Shown: positions 52,432-62,214 of the stretch, piece by piece
Numbering within the stretch: the first letter of the stretch is position 1
Layout: every line of letters begins with the position of its first letter
Assembly (NCBI GenBank): GCA_003604985.1
Contig: QZIW01000066.1
Location: 6,948 to 70,947, forward strand
DNA from: Ammonifex sp.
GTDB lineage: Bacteria; Bacillota; Desulfotomaculia; Desulfotomaculales; Ammonificaceae
DNA: 64,000 nt
Reading direction: 5' to 3'
Notes under the pieces: model-generated
Databases searched by the model: none
What the model saw: only the letters and a program-made list of their open reading frames with translations
What the model was told of the DNA's origin: nothing
Translations under genes and position numbers: made by a program

Positions 52432-54156
52432 TCAGTTTTCCTGGCAGGGGGGGCAGTTTACCAGCGGCGTCAAAGGTTGCTCTTTGCGTGAGCCCGTCCG
52501 GTAAAGCGTAAGGCCTTTCAACCCGAGTGCGTGAGCCTCACGGAAAATGGCGGCCACGTCTGCTTCGGTGGCCGTTTGCGGCAGATTAACGGTCTTGCTT
52601 ACCGCGTTATCGACGTATTTCTGAAAAGCGGCCTGTGTCTTCAGGTGCCACTGGGGGCTTATCTCCAGTGCTGTTTTGAAGATCTTACGGGTCTGTTCCG
52701 GCACCTCGTGCGTTTCCTGCAGCGTTCCGTTCAGGTAGACCGCGTTTAAAATCGTTTCCCGCTGCGCCTCGGAAAAACCGGCCCTGAGATACCCGAGAAA
52801 AACCTTATCCACCATGAGCAGTTTCTTGCCGTCAAGGACCGTGCGGGTGTAGCTCAACGCAAAGACCGGTTCAATACCGGGACTCACCCCGGCAATCCCG
52901 CTAACCGAACCGGTGGGGGCGATGGTCGTAAGGGTGGCGTGCCGTAGTGGAAGCTCCGGGTGGTAAACGGAACCGGCCCAACTCGGGAAAGGCCCCCTCT
53001 CCCCGGCAAGCGCTCTGGAAGCGGCGCGGGCCTCCTCAATAATGAAAGACGCCACCTCTTCCGCAAGGTCCAATGCCCCGTCGGAATCGTAAGGAATCTC
53101 CAGCGAGTAGAGCATATCCGCCCATCCCATAACCCCGAGGCCTATCTTTCGCGAGCGCCTGGTTGCCGCGGCGATCTCCGGCGTGGGAAAACTGTTGATC
53201 TCAATCACGTTGTCCAGGAAACGGACGGCCAGGTGAACCACTTCCCGGAGTTTATCCCACGCAACACTCATACCTTGGATCATCTGCAACAGGTTTACCG
53301 AACCGAGCGTGCAGGATTCGTAAGGCAGCAACGGCTGCTCCCCGCAAGGATTTGTAGCCTCAATGTCACCAAGTGCCGGCGTGGGATTGGCGCGGTTGAC
53401 GGCATCGATAAAAATCACGCCGGGTTCGCCGTTTTTGTAGGCGTGGCGGGTGATCTCATCAAATATCTGCCGGGCCGGAAGCGTTCTGTAGACCTTACGC
53501 TTGAAAACCAACGGGTATTCCTTATCTCGCTTTACAGCCGTAAGGAATTCGTCCTTTAAGGCCACCGATATGTTGAAGTTCCTGAAAGCTCCTTCCTGAT
53601 CCTTTGAAGCGATGAACTCAAGGATGTCCGGATGGTCGGCCTGCAGGATTCCCATGTTTGCGCCCCGACGGACCCCTCCCTGCTTTATCTCCTCTGTGGC
53701 GGCGTTAAAAATACGCATAAAGCTTACCGGCCCGGAGGCAACGCCGCCGGTTGACTGCACCGGGTCCCCCTTGGGTCTTAAACGCGAAAAATTAAAACCT
53801 GTGCCCCCGCCGCTTTTATGAATGAGCGCCGCTTCCTTAAGCGTTTCAAAAATTGATTCGATACTGTCCTCGACCGGCAGCACAAAACAGGCGGCCAACT
53901 GGCCTAATTCCCGGCCGGCGTTAATAAGGGTGGGGCTGTTCGGAAGAAAATCGAAGTTGGACATCAGCGTAAAAAAGCGCTGCGCCCAACTCCCTACCTG
54001 TTTCGCGTCCGCGCCGAAGCGGGCTTCGGCCGACGCCACCGCTCGCGCGACGCGCCAGAACAGTTCCTCGGGCGTTTCGACTACTCTTCCCGCTTCGTCC
54101 CGCTGGAGGTATCGCCCCTCAAGTATGGTTCTCTGGTTTATATCAAGCTTCATCAT
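52432..54156 (-). CDS. nrdJ: adenosylcobalamin-dependent (class II) ribonucleotide reductase
   Basis: 574 aa. ...NPCGEQPLLPYESCTLGSVNL... active-site region. Monomeric class II size. Confidence 0.85.
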   Translation of the reverse strand: MMKLDINQRTILEGRYLQRDEAGRVVETPEELFWRVARAVASAEARFGADAKQVGSWAQRFFTLMSNFDFLPNSPTLINAGRELGQLAACFVLPVEDSIESIFETLKEAALIHKSGGGTGFNFSRLRPKGDPVQSTGGVASGPVSFMRIFNAATEEIKQGGVRRGANMGILQADHPDILEFIASKDQEGAFRNFNISVALKDEFLTAVKRDKEYPLVFKRKVYRTLPARQIFDEITRHAYKNGEPGVIFIDAVNRANPTPALGDIEATNPCGEQPLLPYESCTLGSVNLLQMIQGMSVAWDKLREVVHLAVRFLDNVIEINSFPTPEIAAATRRSRKIGLGVMGWADMLYSLEIPYDSDGALDLAEEVASFIIEEARAASRALAGERGPFPSWAGSVYHPELPLRHATLTTIAPTGSVSGIAGVSPGIEPVFALSYTRTVLDGKKLLMVDKVFLGYLRAGFSEAQRETILNAVYLNGTLQETHEVPEQTRKIFKTALEISPQWHLKTQAAFQKYVDNAVSKTVNLPQTATEADVAAIFREAHALGLKGLTLYRTGSRKEQPLTPLVNCPPCQEN

Positions 54157-54290
54157 CGCAACTATTCCTTCACCGCCTCGGAATTACCAGCTGCCGATTT
54201 TTCCGCCTTCCGACTTTAGACTTTACCGGTATAATACCCGACTTGTGTTCTCCCGTACAATAACGGTAGCGCACAAGAGGGTTTTTCGAG

Positions 54291-54325
54291 CAAAACAAAA
54301 AGGCAAACAGCACGAACTGTTCGCC
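54291..54325 (-). terminator. rho-independent terminator downstream of rsgI
   Basis: Minus-strand RNA GGCGAACAG-UUCGUG-CUGUUUGCC followed by UUUUUGUUUU. Confidence 0.65.
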
Positions 54326-54353
54326 CGCTGGAACCCTGTCGGCGCTGTTGCTT

Positions 54354-55181
54354 CTACTCCTCCTGGGCCGGGATCGGCGCGGCGAAAAACACGTTCGGCT
54401 TTTGCCCCCGCTCCAGGTATGAACTCTCGGGACGGGTTAGGACCCAGCCTTTATCATCCATTATGGCGGAGAGGATCAAATTGTGCTCCTTCTCAAGCCT
54501 TAGGGGTGATTCTTCGCGCAACACGCGGCCGGCGATATTGACCCCGCGGCGCTTCAGTTCCTGCTGCAGAACGTATCTTCCGCTTGAAAGATCGGTTTTC
54601 AAGGCCTGGCGGCGAACGTCGGTATCGGCGCAGAGTGCAACGATTTCTACCTTACCGCGCTGTACCGGATAGCGGTCGGCAACCATAACGGCCAAAGCCT
54701 CGACGCCGATCCTTTCATCCTCCTGCCCGCAAGTCCCGGTGACCATAACGATGTTGTCTTCTCCTTCCCTCAAGTACCCTGCGGCCAGGGCTTTCTCAAG
54801 CAGACACTCGACGCCGTAATCGAGGGGTTTGCCGCGCAAATCACCCAAGTCGGAAACCAGTTTCTTCCCCGCAAAGTTAAAGCCTTTAAGCCCGGTAATT
54901 GCCAACCCCCGGTCAACGGTAAATTCCACACTCGGCTCAACGTCTATCGCCACATAAGCCCAGGGGGAAGGCTGGAGAAAGCGGTACGCCCCAAACCCCA
55001 GACAGACCACCGTAAAAACCGCAGCCGCCAACCACATTGACGGCCTCCGCCGCCGGGGTGGGATAACCGGCGCCTCCTCGCCGAGCGCGGTTTCCTCGTT
55101 TATTGTCCCGCGGCAGTAAGTCCCGTCGTTTGTCAGAAAAATCCCGGTACCGTTTTGCTTTTTGAGTAACATCCCTTGCAT
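54354..55181 (-). CDS. rsgI: anti-sigma-I factor RsgI-like protein
   Basis: 275 aa. N-terminal MQGMLLKKQNGTGIFLTNDGTYCR (RsgI_N-like), a single TM helix, and position directly after sigI. Confidence 0.65.
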   Translation of the reverse strand: MQGMLLKKQNGTGIFLTNDGTYCRGTINEETALGEEAPVIPPRRRRPSMWLAAAVFTVVCLGFGAYRFLQPSPWAYVAIDVEPSVEFTVDRGLAITGLKGFNFAGKKLVSDLGDLRGKPLDYGVECLLEKALAAGYLREGEDNIVMVTGTCGQEDERIGVEALAVMVADRYPVQRGKVEIVALCADTDVRRQALKTDLSSGRYVLQQELKRRGVNIAGRVLREESPLRLEKEHNLILSAIMDDKGWVLTRPESSYLERGQKPNVFFAAPIPAQEE

Positions 55182-55198
55182 TTTGGCCCTGCCTCACT

Positions 55199-55897
55199 TT
55201 ATCTTTTGATATAGGAATTTAGGTAAATGAAGCGGTCGGGATGACGGAAAATAATCGCGAGGGCCAGAAGGTATTTCCGGTTTTTCTCGATTACTTTGGG
55301 GCTCAGCCCGGTTTTTACCGATACCTTCTTTACCGGCAGCCGCTCTTTTCGCCCGAAGCGTTGGAAAAGCTCGTTCTCCACCGCCAAGGCTTTGGCCGCT
55401 CCGATAAGCGCCATCCGGCTGTCGCGGTGTTTGGGCGAAAGGTGAACCAACTCGTCCAGCGAAATGCCGAATTCCGACAGCGCCTCTTCGTAATCCTGGA
55501 TTTCTTCGGCGCGGTCCTGGGCCGACCTGTCCCACAGAAACTCCGTCCAGGCCGCCGCTGTATCGTCCAGCAAATTTTCCTCGGAAATATTGGTGGCGCC
55601 GCTGCTCAAACGCCGGACCTCCTGTCGGAAGTAGTTTGCCAGGCGACTTTTTATTACCAGCCTGGCGAAGGCTAAAAACGGCACGTTCCTCTCAGGCTCG
55701 TACCTGGTTACGGCCTCGTCAAAAGCGATGAGGCCGATACTCAATTCATCATCCCGGCCCCACTGGAGCATTCGCCGGCAAGACGAAACGACGACGTTAA
55801 AGATGAAACTCCGGTGGGCTTCAACCAGCGTGTTGCGTGCGTCAGCATCTCCTTCTTTGGCCCGTGCAAGCAACAATCCGAGGGTGCCACCGTCCAT
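55199..55897 (-). CDS. sigI: RNA polymerase sigma factor SigI
   Basis: 232 aa. ...AKEGDADARNTLVEAHRSFIFNVV...ELSIGLIAFDEAVTRYEPERNVPFLAFARLVIKSRL.... Confidence 0.75.
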   Translation of the reverse strand: MDGGTLGLLLARAKEGDADARNTLVEAHRSFIFNVVVSSCRRMLQWGRDDELSIGLIAFDEAVTRYEPERNVPFLAFARLVIKSRLANYFRQEVRRLSSGATNISEENLLDDTAAAWTEFLWDRSAQDRAEEIQDYEEALSEFGISLDELVHLSPKHRDSRMALIGAAKALAVENELFQRFGRKERLPVKKVSVKTGLSPKVIEKNRKYLLALAIIFRHPDRFIYLNSYIKR

Positions 55898-56028
55898 TTC
55901 GGAGACTCCTTGTGTCTGATGGCCCTCCGCACCGGTCTTACAAGCTAATACACAAACGAATGTCGGTTTGGAGGGTAATCAGTCATCTAAAAAACGTTTA
56001 ACACTATTTTAGACCAAAATACACAAGA

Positions 56029-56631
56029 TTAGGAGGCTTTTTTTGCTCTACGCGCCATAATAAGGAGGTATATCCCCAGTCCCAGAAAGGAACCAATCAG
56101 CAGTATCGGTTGCATTTGCTGCGTCAGTTTCTCCCAACCTTGCTCGAAAAACATTCCGAGAGAAAGATAAAGCGCGCTCCAGACGACGGCAAAAGCAGTC
56201 GTTAAAGCGAAAAAAATGACCGGCCGTAAACCTCCGACGCCCGCAATGTACGGCGTAAGGTTGCTGATCCCCGGGATGAAGCGTCCAAACACGACAAACC
56301 CCGGCGCCGAATTACTCAGGTAAGCACGCGCCTGCTTGAGGCGTCCGGGTGTAACCCCCAGTAGACGGCCGCTGCGTTCGAAAACCTTTTCGCCCAACTT
56401 CATGCCCAAACAATATGCGGCGAGCGAGCCCGTCACAAACCCAAAAGAAGTGGCTAACCATGCGGCTGGAAAAGCCATGTAACCCTCGGCAATCAAAAAC
56501 CCGGCGATGATTATCATTATGCCGCCGGGAAAAAAGGGGACGCCCAGAGCCTCGATGAAGCTGCTAAGCAGAATCCCGCCGATGCCAAAAGCGGTGAGAT
56601 AACTGAGGATAAACTCTTTGACCATCATCAC
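56029..56631 (-). CDS. DedA-family membrane protein
   Basis: 200 aa, polytopic. ...GRFIPGISNLTPYIAG.... Confidence 0.75.
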   Translation of the reverse strand: MMMVKEFILSYLTAFGIGGILLSSFIEALGVPFFPGGIMIIIAGFLIAEGYMAFPAAWLATSFGFVTGSLAAYCLGMKLGEKVFERSGRLLGVTPGRLKQARAYLSNSAPGFVVFGRFIPGISNLTPYIAGVGGLRPVIFFALTTAFAVVWSALYLSLGMFFEQGWEKLTQQMQPILLIGSFLGLGIYLLIMARRAKKAS

Positions 56632-56678
56632 CCTCCGGTGCGGGGGACATAGAACTCGTTAATGTCAACCCGCTCAGG

Positions 56679-58430
56679 CTATAATACCCTTGCCACACCG
56701 CTGTAAATCACACCCCGCTGTCCGTCCAGGGTCACCACCTGTCCGTCTTTAAGAACCGCCGTGGCCGCTTCAACACCCACCACCACCGGCATCCCGAATT
56801 CAAGCCCTACAATTGCGGCGTGGGACGTTAAACCACTAACCTCGGTAATGATGCCTGCGCAACGTTCCATCGCCGGCACGAATTCCCTGTCCGTGGCCGG
56901 GGCCACCATGATGTCCCCGGGTCGAATGCGTTCAAGGGCTTCCCTCGCCGTGTGTACGACCCGTACCGTCCCGGTGACCGCTTTTATACCGATGCCTGTT
57001 CCCCGCGCGAGCATGTCGCCCACCGTATGTACTTTTAAAAGGTTCGTAGTCCCGTGCACGCCCACGGGAACCCCCGCCGTGATTACGACCAGGTCCCCCG
57101 CTTTTACGTACTGCGCCCCTAAAGCCGCTTCTACCGCCCCCTGGATCATCTGATCGGTGTTTTCGATCTTGCCGACGAGAAGAGGGAGCACCCCCCGGAC
57201 GATGGTCAACCGCCTTACGACGCGCTTACTGGGGATCACGGCCACGACCGGAGGCCGGGGCCGGTACTTTGCCACCATTCTTGCGGTGTAGCCGGTGGTG
57301 GTAGCGGTTATGATCGCCGCAGCGCCCAGATCTTGAGCGGTAGTACAAGTGGCGAAGCTGATGGCATCCGTTACCGTGTGCTTTGAAAGGATTCTCTTCT
57401 GCCCGAGAATCTCGTCAAACGACAGGGACTCTTCAGCTCGGGCCGCAATTCTGGCCATTACCGCCACCGACTCCACAGGGTAACGGCCGACTGCCGTTTC
57501 TCCCGACAGCATGACCGCATCCGTACCATCTATGATGGCGTTAGCAACGTCGCTGGCCTCAGCGCGCGTGGGGGTGGGATTGGCCACCATGGACTCCAAC
57601 ATCTGGGTCGCCGTAATCACCGGTTTCCCGGCACTGTTCGCCTCCCCGATAATCCTTTTTTGGGCCAGAGGAACCTCCTCAATCGGAATCTCCAGTCCGA
57701 GGTCCCCCCGCGCCACCATCACGCCGTCGGAGACCTTCAGGATGGGACTAAGATTCTCCAACCCTTCCCAGTTTTCGATTTTAGCGATAATCCAAGTGTC
57801 GGCTCCCGCTTCTTCAATAAGCCGCCGCGCTGCTATCACGTCTTCAGCCCTTCTTACGAAAGACAGGGCGATGAAATCGGCCTCTTCGGCAATGGCAAAC
57901 TTGATATCGCTGATATCCTTTTCGGTGAGGGAAGGTAAGTTTACTTTGATTCCCGGTAGATTTACACCTTTGTGAGCGCTGATCGGCCCTCCGTTTTCCA
58001 CGCGGCACCGAACGCCGTTTTCGGTAGTGGCCACAACTCTTAATCTGACCAGGCCATCGGACACCATGATAAGGTTCCCGGGGCGGACGTCATTGACCAG
58101 TCCCTCATAGTTAACCGGAACATGGTGCCGTGTGCCCTTAAAGTTCCCCGGGATCAGCTCTAATTCTTCCCCTTCTTCAACCGCGAAAGGTCCCGGTTCC
58201 AATTCCCCTAAACGTATGCGCGGTCCCCTGATGTCAACCATGATACCAAGGTATTTTCCTAATTGACCCGCTGCTTTCCTCAGGACATTCAGCCGGCGCC
58301 TGTGGTCCTCCGGTGTGCCGTGGGACATGTTGACCCTGGCGACGTTCATTCCCATCCTCAGCAGTCCCTCTATTACGGCCGGGTCTTCGGTCGCCGGTCC
58401 TAAGGTACAAACAATTTTTGTACGTCTCAT
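56679..58430 (-). CDS. pyk: pyruvate kinase with C-terminal PEP-utilizer mobile domain
   Basis: ATG 58430 behind GGAGGGTAAG. MRRTKIVCTLGPA.... C-terminal ...GIITEVSGLTSHAAIVG.... Confidence 0.9.
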   Translation of the reverse strand: MRRTKIVCTLGPATEDPAVIEGLLRMGMNVARVNMSHGTPEDHRRRLNVLRKAAGQLGKYLGIMVDIRGPRIRLGELEPGPFAVEEGEELELIPGNFKGTRHHVPVNYEGLVNDVRPGNLIMVSDGLVRLRVVATTENGVRCRVENGGPISAHKGVNLPGIKVNLPSLTEKDISDIKFAIAEEADFIALSFVRRAEDVIAARRLIEEAGADTWIIAKIENWEGLENLSPILKVSDGVMVARGDLGLEIPIEEVPLAQKRIIGEANSAGKPVITATQMLESMVANPTPTRAEASDVANAIIDGTDAVMLSGETAVGRYPVESVAVMARIAARAEESLSFDEILGQKRILSKHTVTDAISFATCTTAQDLGAAAIITATTTGYTARMVAKYRPRPPVVAVIPSKRVVRRLTIVRGVLPLLVGKIENTDQMIQGAVEAALGAQYVKAGDLVVITAGVPVGVHGTTNLLKVHTVGDMLARGTGIGIKAVTGTVRVVHTAREALERIRPGDIMVAPATDREFVPAMERCAGIITEVSGLTSHAAIVGLEFGMPVVVGVEAATAVLKDGQVVTLDGQRGVIYSGVARVL

Positions 58431-58481
58431 CTTACCCTCCAAAGCAAAACCCAGTCTTAGGCGCAACATTTCTCCTGGTAT

Positions 58482-59444
58482 TTATATCGCTAAGACCTCG
58501 GCCAAACGGTAGAGTTCTTTGTCAATTTGTTTTTTAACCTCAAATACCCGCGCAAGGTCGTAGTGCTTCAAACGGCTGCCGGTGAGGCCAACCATGGCGC
58601 TTCGCTCTCCCGCCTCAAGCAGGTCGATAGCCCGGGCGCCCATTATACTTGCCAGAATCCGGTCATATGCGGTCGGCGCCCCCCCGCGCTGGATATGCCC
58701 GAGTACGGTTATTTTAGTATCAAAACCCGTGCGCGCTTTAATTTCACGGGCAACCTCGGCGGCGGAACCCGCCCCTTCGGCAACAATGATTACACTATGC
58801 AGTTTTCCCCTGCGTACACCACGCAACAACCGGCGGCAGACGGCTTCCAGGTCAAACGGCGACTCCGGAATCAAGATCGATTCCGCCCCGCCGGCCAATC
58901 CGGCGGCAAGAGCGATAAAACCGGAATGACGGCCCATAACCTCCACCACGAACGTCCGCTCATGGGAAGTAGCCGTGTCACGGATTTTATTTATCGCATC
59001 GACGACGTTGTTCACCGCGGTATCGAAGCCGATCGTGAAGTCGGTACCGGAGATATCGTTGTCAATAGTAGCGGGGACACACAGCACCGGAATCTCGGTT
59101 TCCCGGTAAAAGGTGAAGGCCCCCTTCAAGGAACCGTCCCCGCCGATGATCACAAGGCCGTCAATACCTGCCCGCCGTACGGACGCGTGGGCCTGCATCC
59201 TTCCTTCCGCGGTAAGAAACTCCTCCGATCTTGCCGTCAGAAGGATGGTACCGCCCGCTTGAATGACATCAGCCACAGACCCGGCGTTTAGGGGTTGAAT
59301 GTCCCCGTCGATCAGACCCGCAAAACCACGCCTGACCCCCAAAACCTCGTAGCCGTGGAATATCCCTTTCCGCACCACCGCGCGGATAGCGGCATTCATT
59401 CCCGGTGCGTCGCCACCGCTGGTTAATACGCCAATCCGGTGCAA
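58482..59444 (-). CDS. pfkA: ATP-dependent 6-phosphofructokinase
   Basis: 320 aa. MHRIGVLTSGGDAPGMNAAIRAVV..., IGGDGS and PATIDND motifs. Confidence 0.9.
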   Translation of the reverse strand: MHRIGVLTSGGDAPGMNAAIRAVVRKGIFHGYEVLGVRRGFAGLIDGDIQPLNAGSVADVIQAGGTILLTARSEEFLTAEGRMQAHASVRRAGIDGLVIIGGDGSLKGAFTFYRETEIPVLCVPATIDNDISGTDFTIGFDTAVNNVVDAINKIRDTATSHERTFVVEVMGRHSGFIALAAGLAGGAESILIPESPFDLEAVCRRLLRGVRRGKLHSVIIVAEGAGSAAEVAREIKARTGFDTKITVLGHIQRGGAPTAYDRILASIMGARAIDLLEAGERSAMVGLTGSRLKHYDLARVFEVKKQIDKELYRLAEVLAI

Positions 59445-59520
59445 AAAAGCCCCCCTTGAGTATGGGGAAAGCGCAGTACCTGGAACATTAAAGGAATGCC
59501 GTATAAGGGCTCGAAAGCCC

Positions 59521-60474
59521 TTAACCTCCTACGGAACCTATATTCCTGTATTTTGCGTAGCGGCGCTGGACCAGTTCTTCGGGAGGGACGTCTTTGAGGG
59601 ATTCCAGATTCCGGGCGAGCGATTTGCGCAGCAAGTCGGCTGCTGCGTATGGATCCCGGTGAGCCCCGCCAAGGGGTTCCGGTACCACCTCATCGACGAT
59701 TCTTAGAGACAGGAGGTCCTGAGCTGTAAGCTTCAACGCTTCCGCGGCCTCCCTCGCCCGTGCTGCATCCTTCCACAAAATGCTCGCACATCCCTCCGGC
59801 GTGATCACCGAAAAAATGGCGTGCTCGAGCATCAAAGTCCTGTTACCGACTCCCAGCGCCAGTGCGCCGCCGCTTCCCCCTTCACCGATAACTATTACTA
59901 TTATCGGTATCCGGAGTACGCTCATACGCAGTAAATTTTGTGCGATCGCCTGGCTTTGCCCGCGCTCTTCCGCACCGATGCCGCAATGGGCCCCCGGGGT
60001 ATCCAAAAAGCTGATCACCGGCCGTCTGAATTTCTCAGCCTGCTCCATAAGTCTCAAGGCCTTGCGAAAGCCTTCGGGATGCGCCATGCCGAAGTTCCGG
60101 CTCACGTTTTCTTTGGTATCCCGCCCTTTCAGGTGACCGATCACGGTAACCGAGGTCCCTTGAAAAAGTCCGATTCCTCCGTAAATTGCCGGGTCATCAC
60201 TGTAACAACGATCGCCGTGAAGCTCGAGAAAATCCTCAAAAAGCATCCTCACGTAATCCTCAGTGTTGGGACGGTCCGGGTGGCGGGCGAGCTGTACCTG
60301 CTGCCACGGAGTAAGATTGGCAAAAATGGAGCTTTTAAGTTCGTCCGCGCGCCTTTTCAGGTTGTCTATCTCGTCGGAAAGGTCGAGGCCTTTTTCCTCG
60401 CTGAAGGAAGTCAGTTCCGCAATTTTGCTTTCGAGTTCAATGAGCGGTTTTTCAAAATCAAGGACTGCCGGCAC
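59521..60474 (-). CDS. accA: acetyl-CoA carboxylase carboxyltransferase alpha subunit
   Basis: GTG 60474 behind GGGAGGGAG. VPAVLDFEKPLIELE.... The track ORF extends to 60522. Confidence 0.85.
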   Translation of the reverse strand: MPAVLDFEKPLIELESKIAELTSFSEEKGLDLSDEIDNLKRRADELKSSIFANLTPWQQVQLARHPDRPNTEDYVRMLFEDFLELHGDRCYSDDPAIYGGIGLFQGTSVTVIGHLKGRDTKENVSRNFGMAHPEGFRKALRLMEQAEKFRRPVISFLDTPGAHCGIGAEERGQSQAIAQNLLRMSVLRIPIIVIVIGEGGSGGALALGVGNRTLMLEHAIFSVITPEGCASILWKDAARAREAAEALKLTAQDLLSLRIVDEVVPEPLGGAHRDPYAAADLLRKSLARNLESLKDVPPEELVQRRYAKYRNIGSVGG

Positions 60475-61357
60475 TATGCTCCCTCCCTTGGTGCAGCATA
60501 AGGATGCGCGCCAGGGTCTCACGCATTTTACACCGGGGTACCACGAGGTCGATCATTCCGTGCTGCTGAAGAAACTCAGCGGTCTGGAAACCTTCCGGGA
60601 GTTTTTGCTTGATGGTTTGCTCAATCACGCGTGGACCCGTAAAACCGATCAGTGCCCCTGGTTCGGCAATAATAATGTCGCCCAGCATGGCAAAGCTTGC
60701 GCTGACACCGGCGGTGGTCGGGTCGGTAAGGACCGTAACGTACAGGAGTCCCGCGGCATTAATATGCTTGAGCACCACCGCCGTTTTTGCCATTTGCATC
60801 AGCGCTACCATGCCCTCCTGCATGCGGGCGCCGCCGGAAGCGATAAAAAGAATGAGCGGCAATTGACGTTCACAGGCCCGTTCAACCGCACGGGCGACCT
60901 TTTCGCCTACCGCGGCTCCCATACTGGCCATAATGAACCGTGAGTCCATTATTCCTACTACGGTTCTGTACCCCAGGATGCTGCCTTCCCCGGTAACCAC
61001 CGCTTCACTTAGTCCCGTTGTCTGCCGGACCTCCGCCAATTTCTCCGGGTAATTTGGGAAACCCAGCGGGTTGTCCGCGACCAACTCGGCATCGCATTCA
61101 ACAAAACTTCCCTCATCAAGGGTAAACTGCAGTCTCTCTTCCACGCCGATGCGAAAATGATAGCCGCATTTTATACACACGTGAAGGTTTTTGGCCATGT
61201 CTTTCTTATAAATGATCAGGCCGCACTTGGGGCATTTGCTCCAAAGCCCTTCAGGCATCTCTTTTTTGTCTTCTTGAGGCACGGTAACGTACTTGGGCTT
61301 TTTGAACACTATCACCGGTGATCCTCTCCCTTTTAATACCGGGTAGGGATACGGCAC
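60458..61357 (-). CDS. accD: acetyl-CoA carboxylase carboxyltransferase beta subunit
   Basis: CPKCG...CIKCG zinc ribbon and the carboxyltransferase core. The true start may be near 61315 (VIVFKKPKYVTV). Confidence 0.85.
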   Translation of the reverse strand: MPYPYPVLKGRGSPVIVFKKPKYVTVPQEDKKEMPEGLWSKCPKCGLIIYKKDMAKNLHVCIKCGYHFRIGVEERLQFTLDEGSFVECDAELVADNPLGFPNYPEKLAEVRQTTGLSEAVVTGEGSILGYRTVVGIMDSRFIMASMGAAVGEKVARAVERACERQLPLILFIASGGARMQEGMVALMQMAKTAVVLKHINAAGLLYVTVLTDPTTAGVSASFAMLGDIIIAEPGALIGFTGPRVIEQTIKQKLPEGFQTAEFLQQHGMIDLVVPRCKMRETLARILMLHQGREHSAGSP

Positions 61358-61479
61358 AACTTAAAAACCGGAGCGCTTTTAAAGAAGGTCGTGCAGATAA
61401 AGGGGTGGTTTCGGCGGCGATTTTACGATCCCTGTCCCCAAACTGCTCCTTGCCCCGGCTCGATGACGATATAAAATTG

Positions 61480-61701
61480 CTAAAGTGCTGCCAAAAGCTT
61501 ATGCGCCTCTTCAGCCTCGGCTTCCGGCACAAGAACCTCGAACGCCTGGTGATCGATTGTCCCGGTGTTCGCGATATCCAGCTTAACTAACAAGCCTTCG
61601 CTGGTAAACAAGTCCCTTATTTTTTCGGCCTCTCTCTTGTTGGGGGCGATATATACCACCGTCCACACGAAGGGCACTCCCTGTCCAAACAATTTTTTCA
61701 A
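61480..61701 (-). CDS. small hypothetical protein
   Basis: 73-aa ORF between mtrB and accD. Confidence 0.5.
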   Translation of the reverse strand: MKKLFGQGVPFVWTVVYIAPNKREAEKIRDLFTSEGLLVKLDIANTGTIDHQAFEVLVPEAEAEEAHKLLAAL

Positions 61702-61789
61702 TTATACCCGGAACGCTTGTCCCGAATGCCCGGACCTTGCTTCGACGACCGAATAAAACAACCGGAACGGACCATGTGTGCACAGCATG

Positions 61790-62020
61790 CTAATCTTCGG
61801 TGCGGATGCCGCCGTGTTTCGTTAAGAGTTCCGCTTTCCCCCTGATCTTTATCGCGGAGGTGTGTTCAGTAAACTGGGCGATCATTACTTCACCCTTGTC
61901 AAGTTTCTCCGTATGATGGAACTTGGTATCCCTGCCGCGAGTAAGCCCCATGATGGTAACACCGTTTTCCATCGCCTTAATTACGATATAATCCGCCAGA
62001 ACCCAATCCTGCTCAGGCAT
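61790..62020 (-). CDS. mtrB: trp RNA-binding attenuation protein TRAP
   Basis: ATG 62020. ...[54 protein letters not shown]... is nearly collinear with Bacillus MtrB as I remember it ([54 protein letters not shown]). Confidence 0.85.
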   Translation of the reverse strand: MPEQDWVLADYIVIKAMENGVTIMGLTRGRDTKFHHTEKLDKGEVMIAQFTEHTSAIKIRGKAELLTKHGGIRTED

Positions 62021-62161
62021 TCTGTACCCCCCCGTCTCTGGCAAGTATGATAGCACACACGACCTCAAAGGGCAAGTTTCTCGCTGCTACAAGCCTCTGA
62101 TTAAAACGCGTTCGACATCAAAATTCGCTAAACTTTAAACTTTAAATTTCTACCACAAGCA

Positions 62162-62214
62162 TCTCACTTCCAACCTCCCACTCCTCACCCCTCACCTCCC
62201 ACTTCTCATCTCTC
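62162..62214 (-). repeat. purine-rich tract with 9 GAG triplets on the mtrB-coding strand
   Basis: Minus-strand RNA UGAGAGAUGAGAAGUGGGAGGUGAGGGGUGAGGAGUGGGAGGUUGGAAGUGAGA. It starts at the dnaE stop codon. Confidence 0.6.

Noticed and set aside
54157-54290. Looked for a cobalamin riboswitch or NrdR boxes upstream of the class II RNR gene
   Set aside because: I could not find a B12-box-like core or 16-bp ACACnATATATnGTGT-type palindromes by eye. Only a plausible TTGTAC-18-TATTAT promoter is present. A covariance-model scan would be needed to be sure.
53822-54541. 239-aa plus-strand ORF spanning the nrdJ 5' end and the rsgI 3' end
   Set aside because: It crosses an intergenic terminator and is antisense to two well-supported genes. 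Ser/Arg/Pro-rich.
62120-62150. Tandem AACTTTA AACTTTA AATTT repeat upstream of mtrB
   Set aside because: Only two short AT-rich units are present. Most likely it is just AT-rich promoter-proximal sequence.
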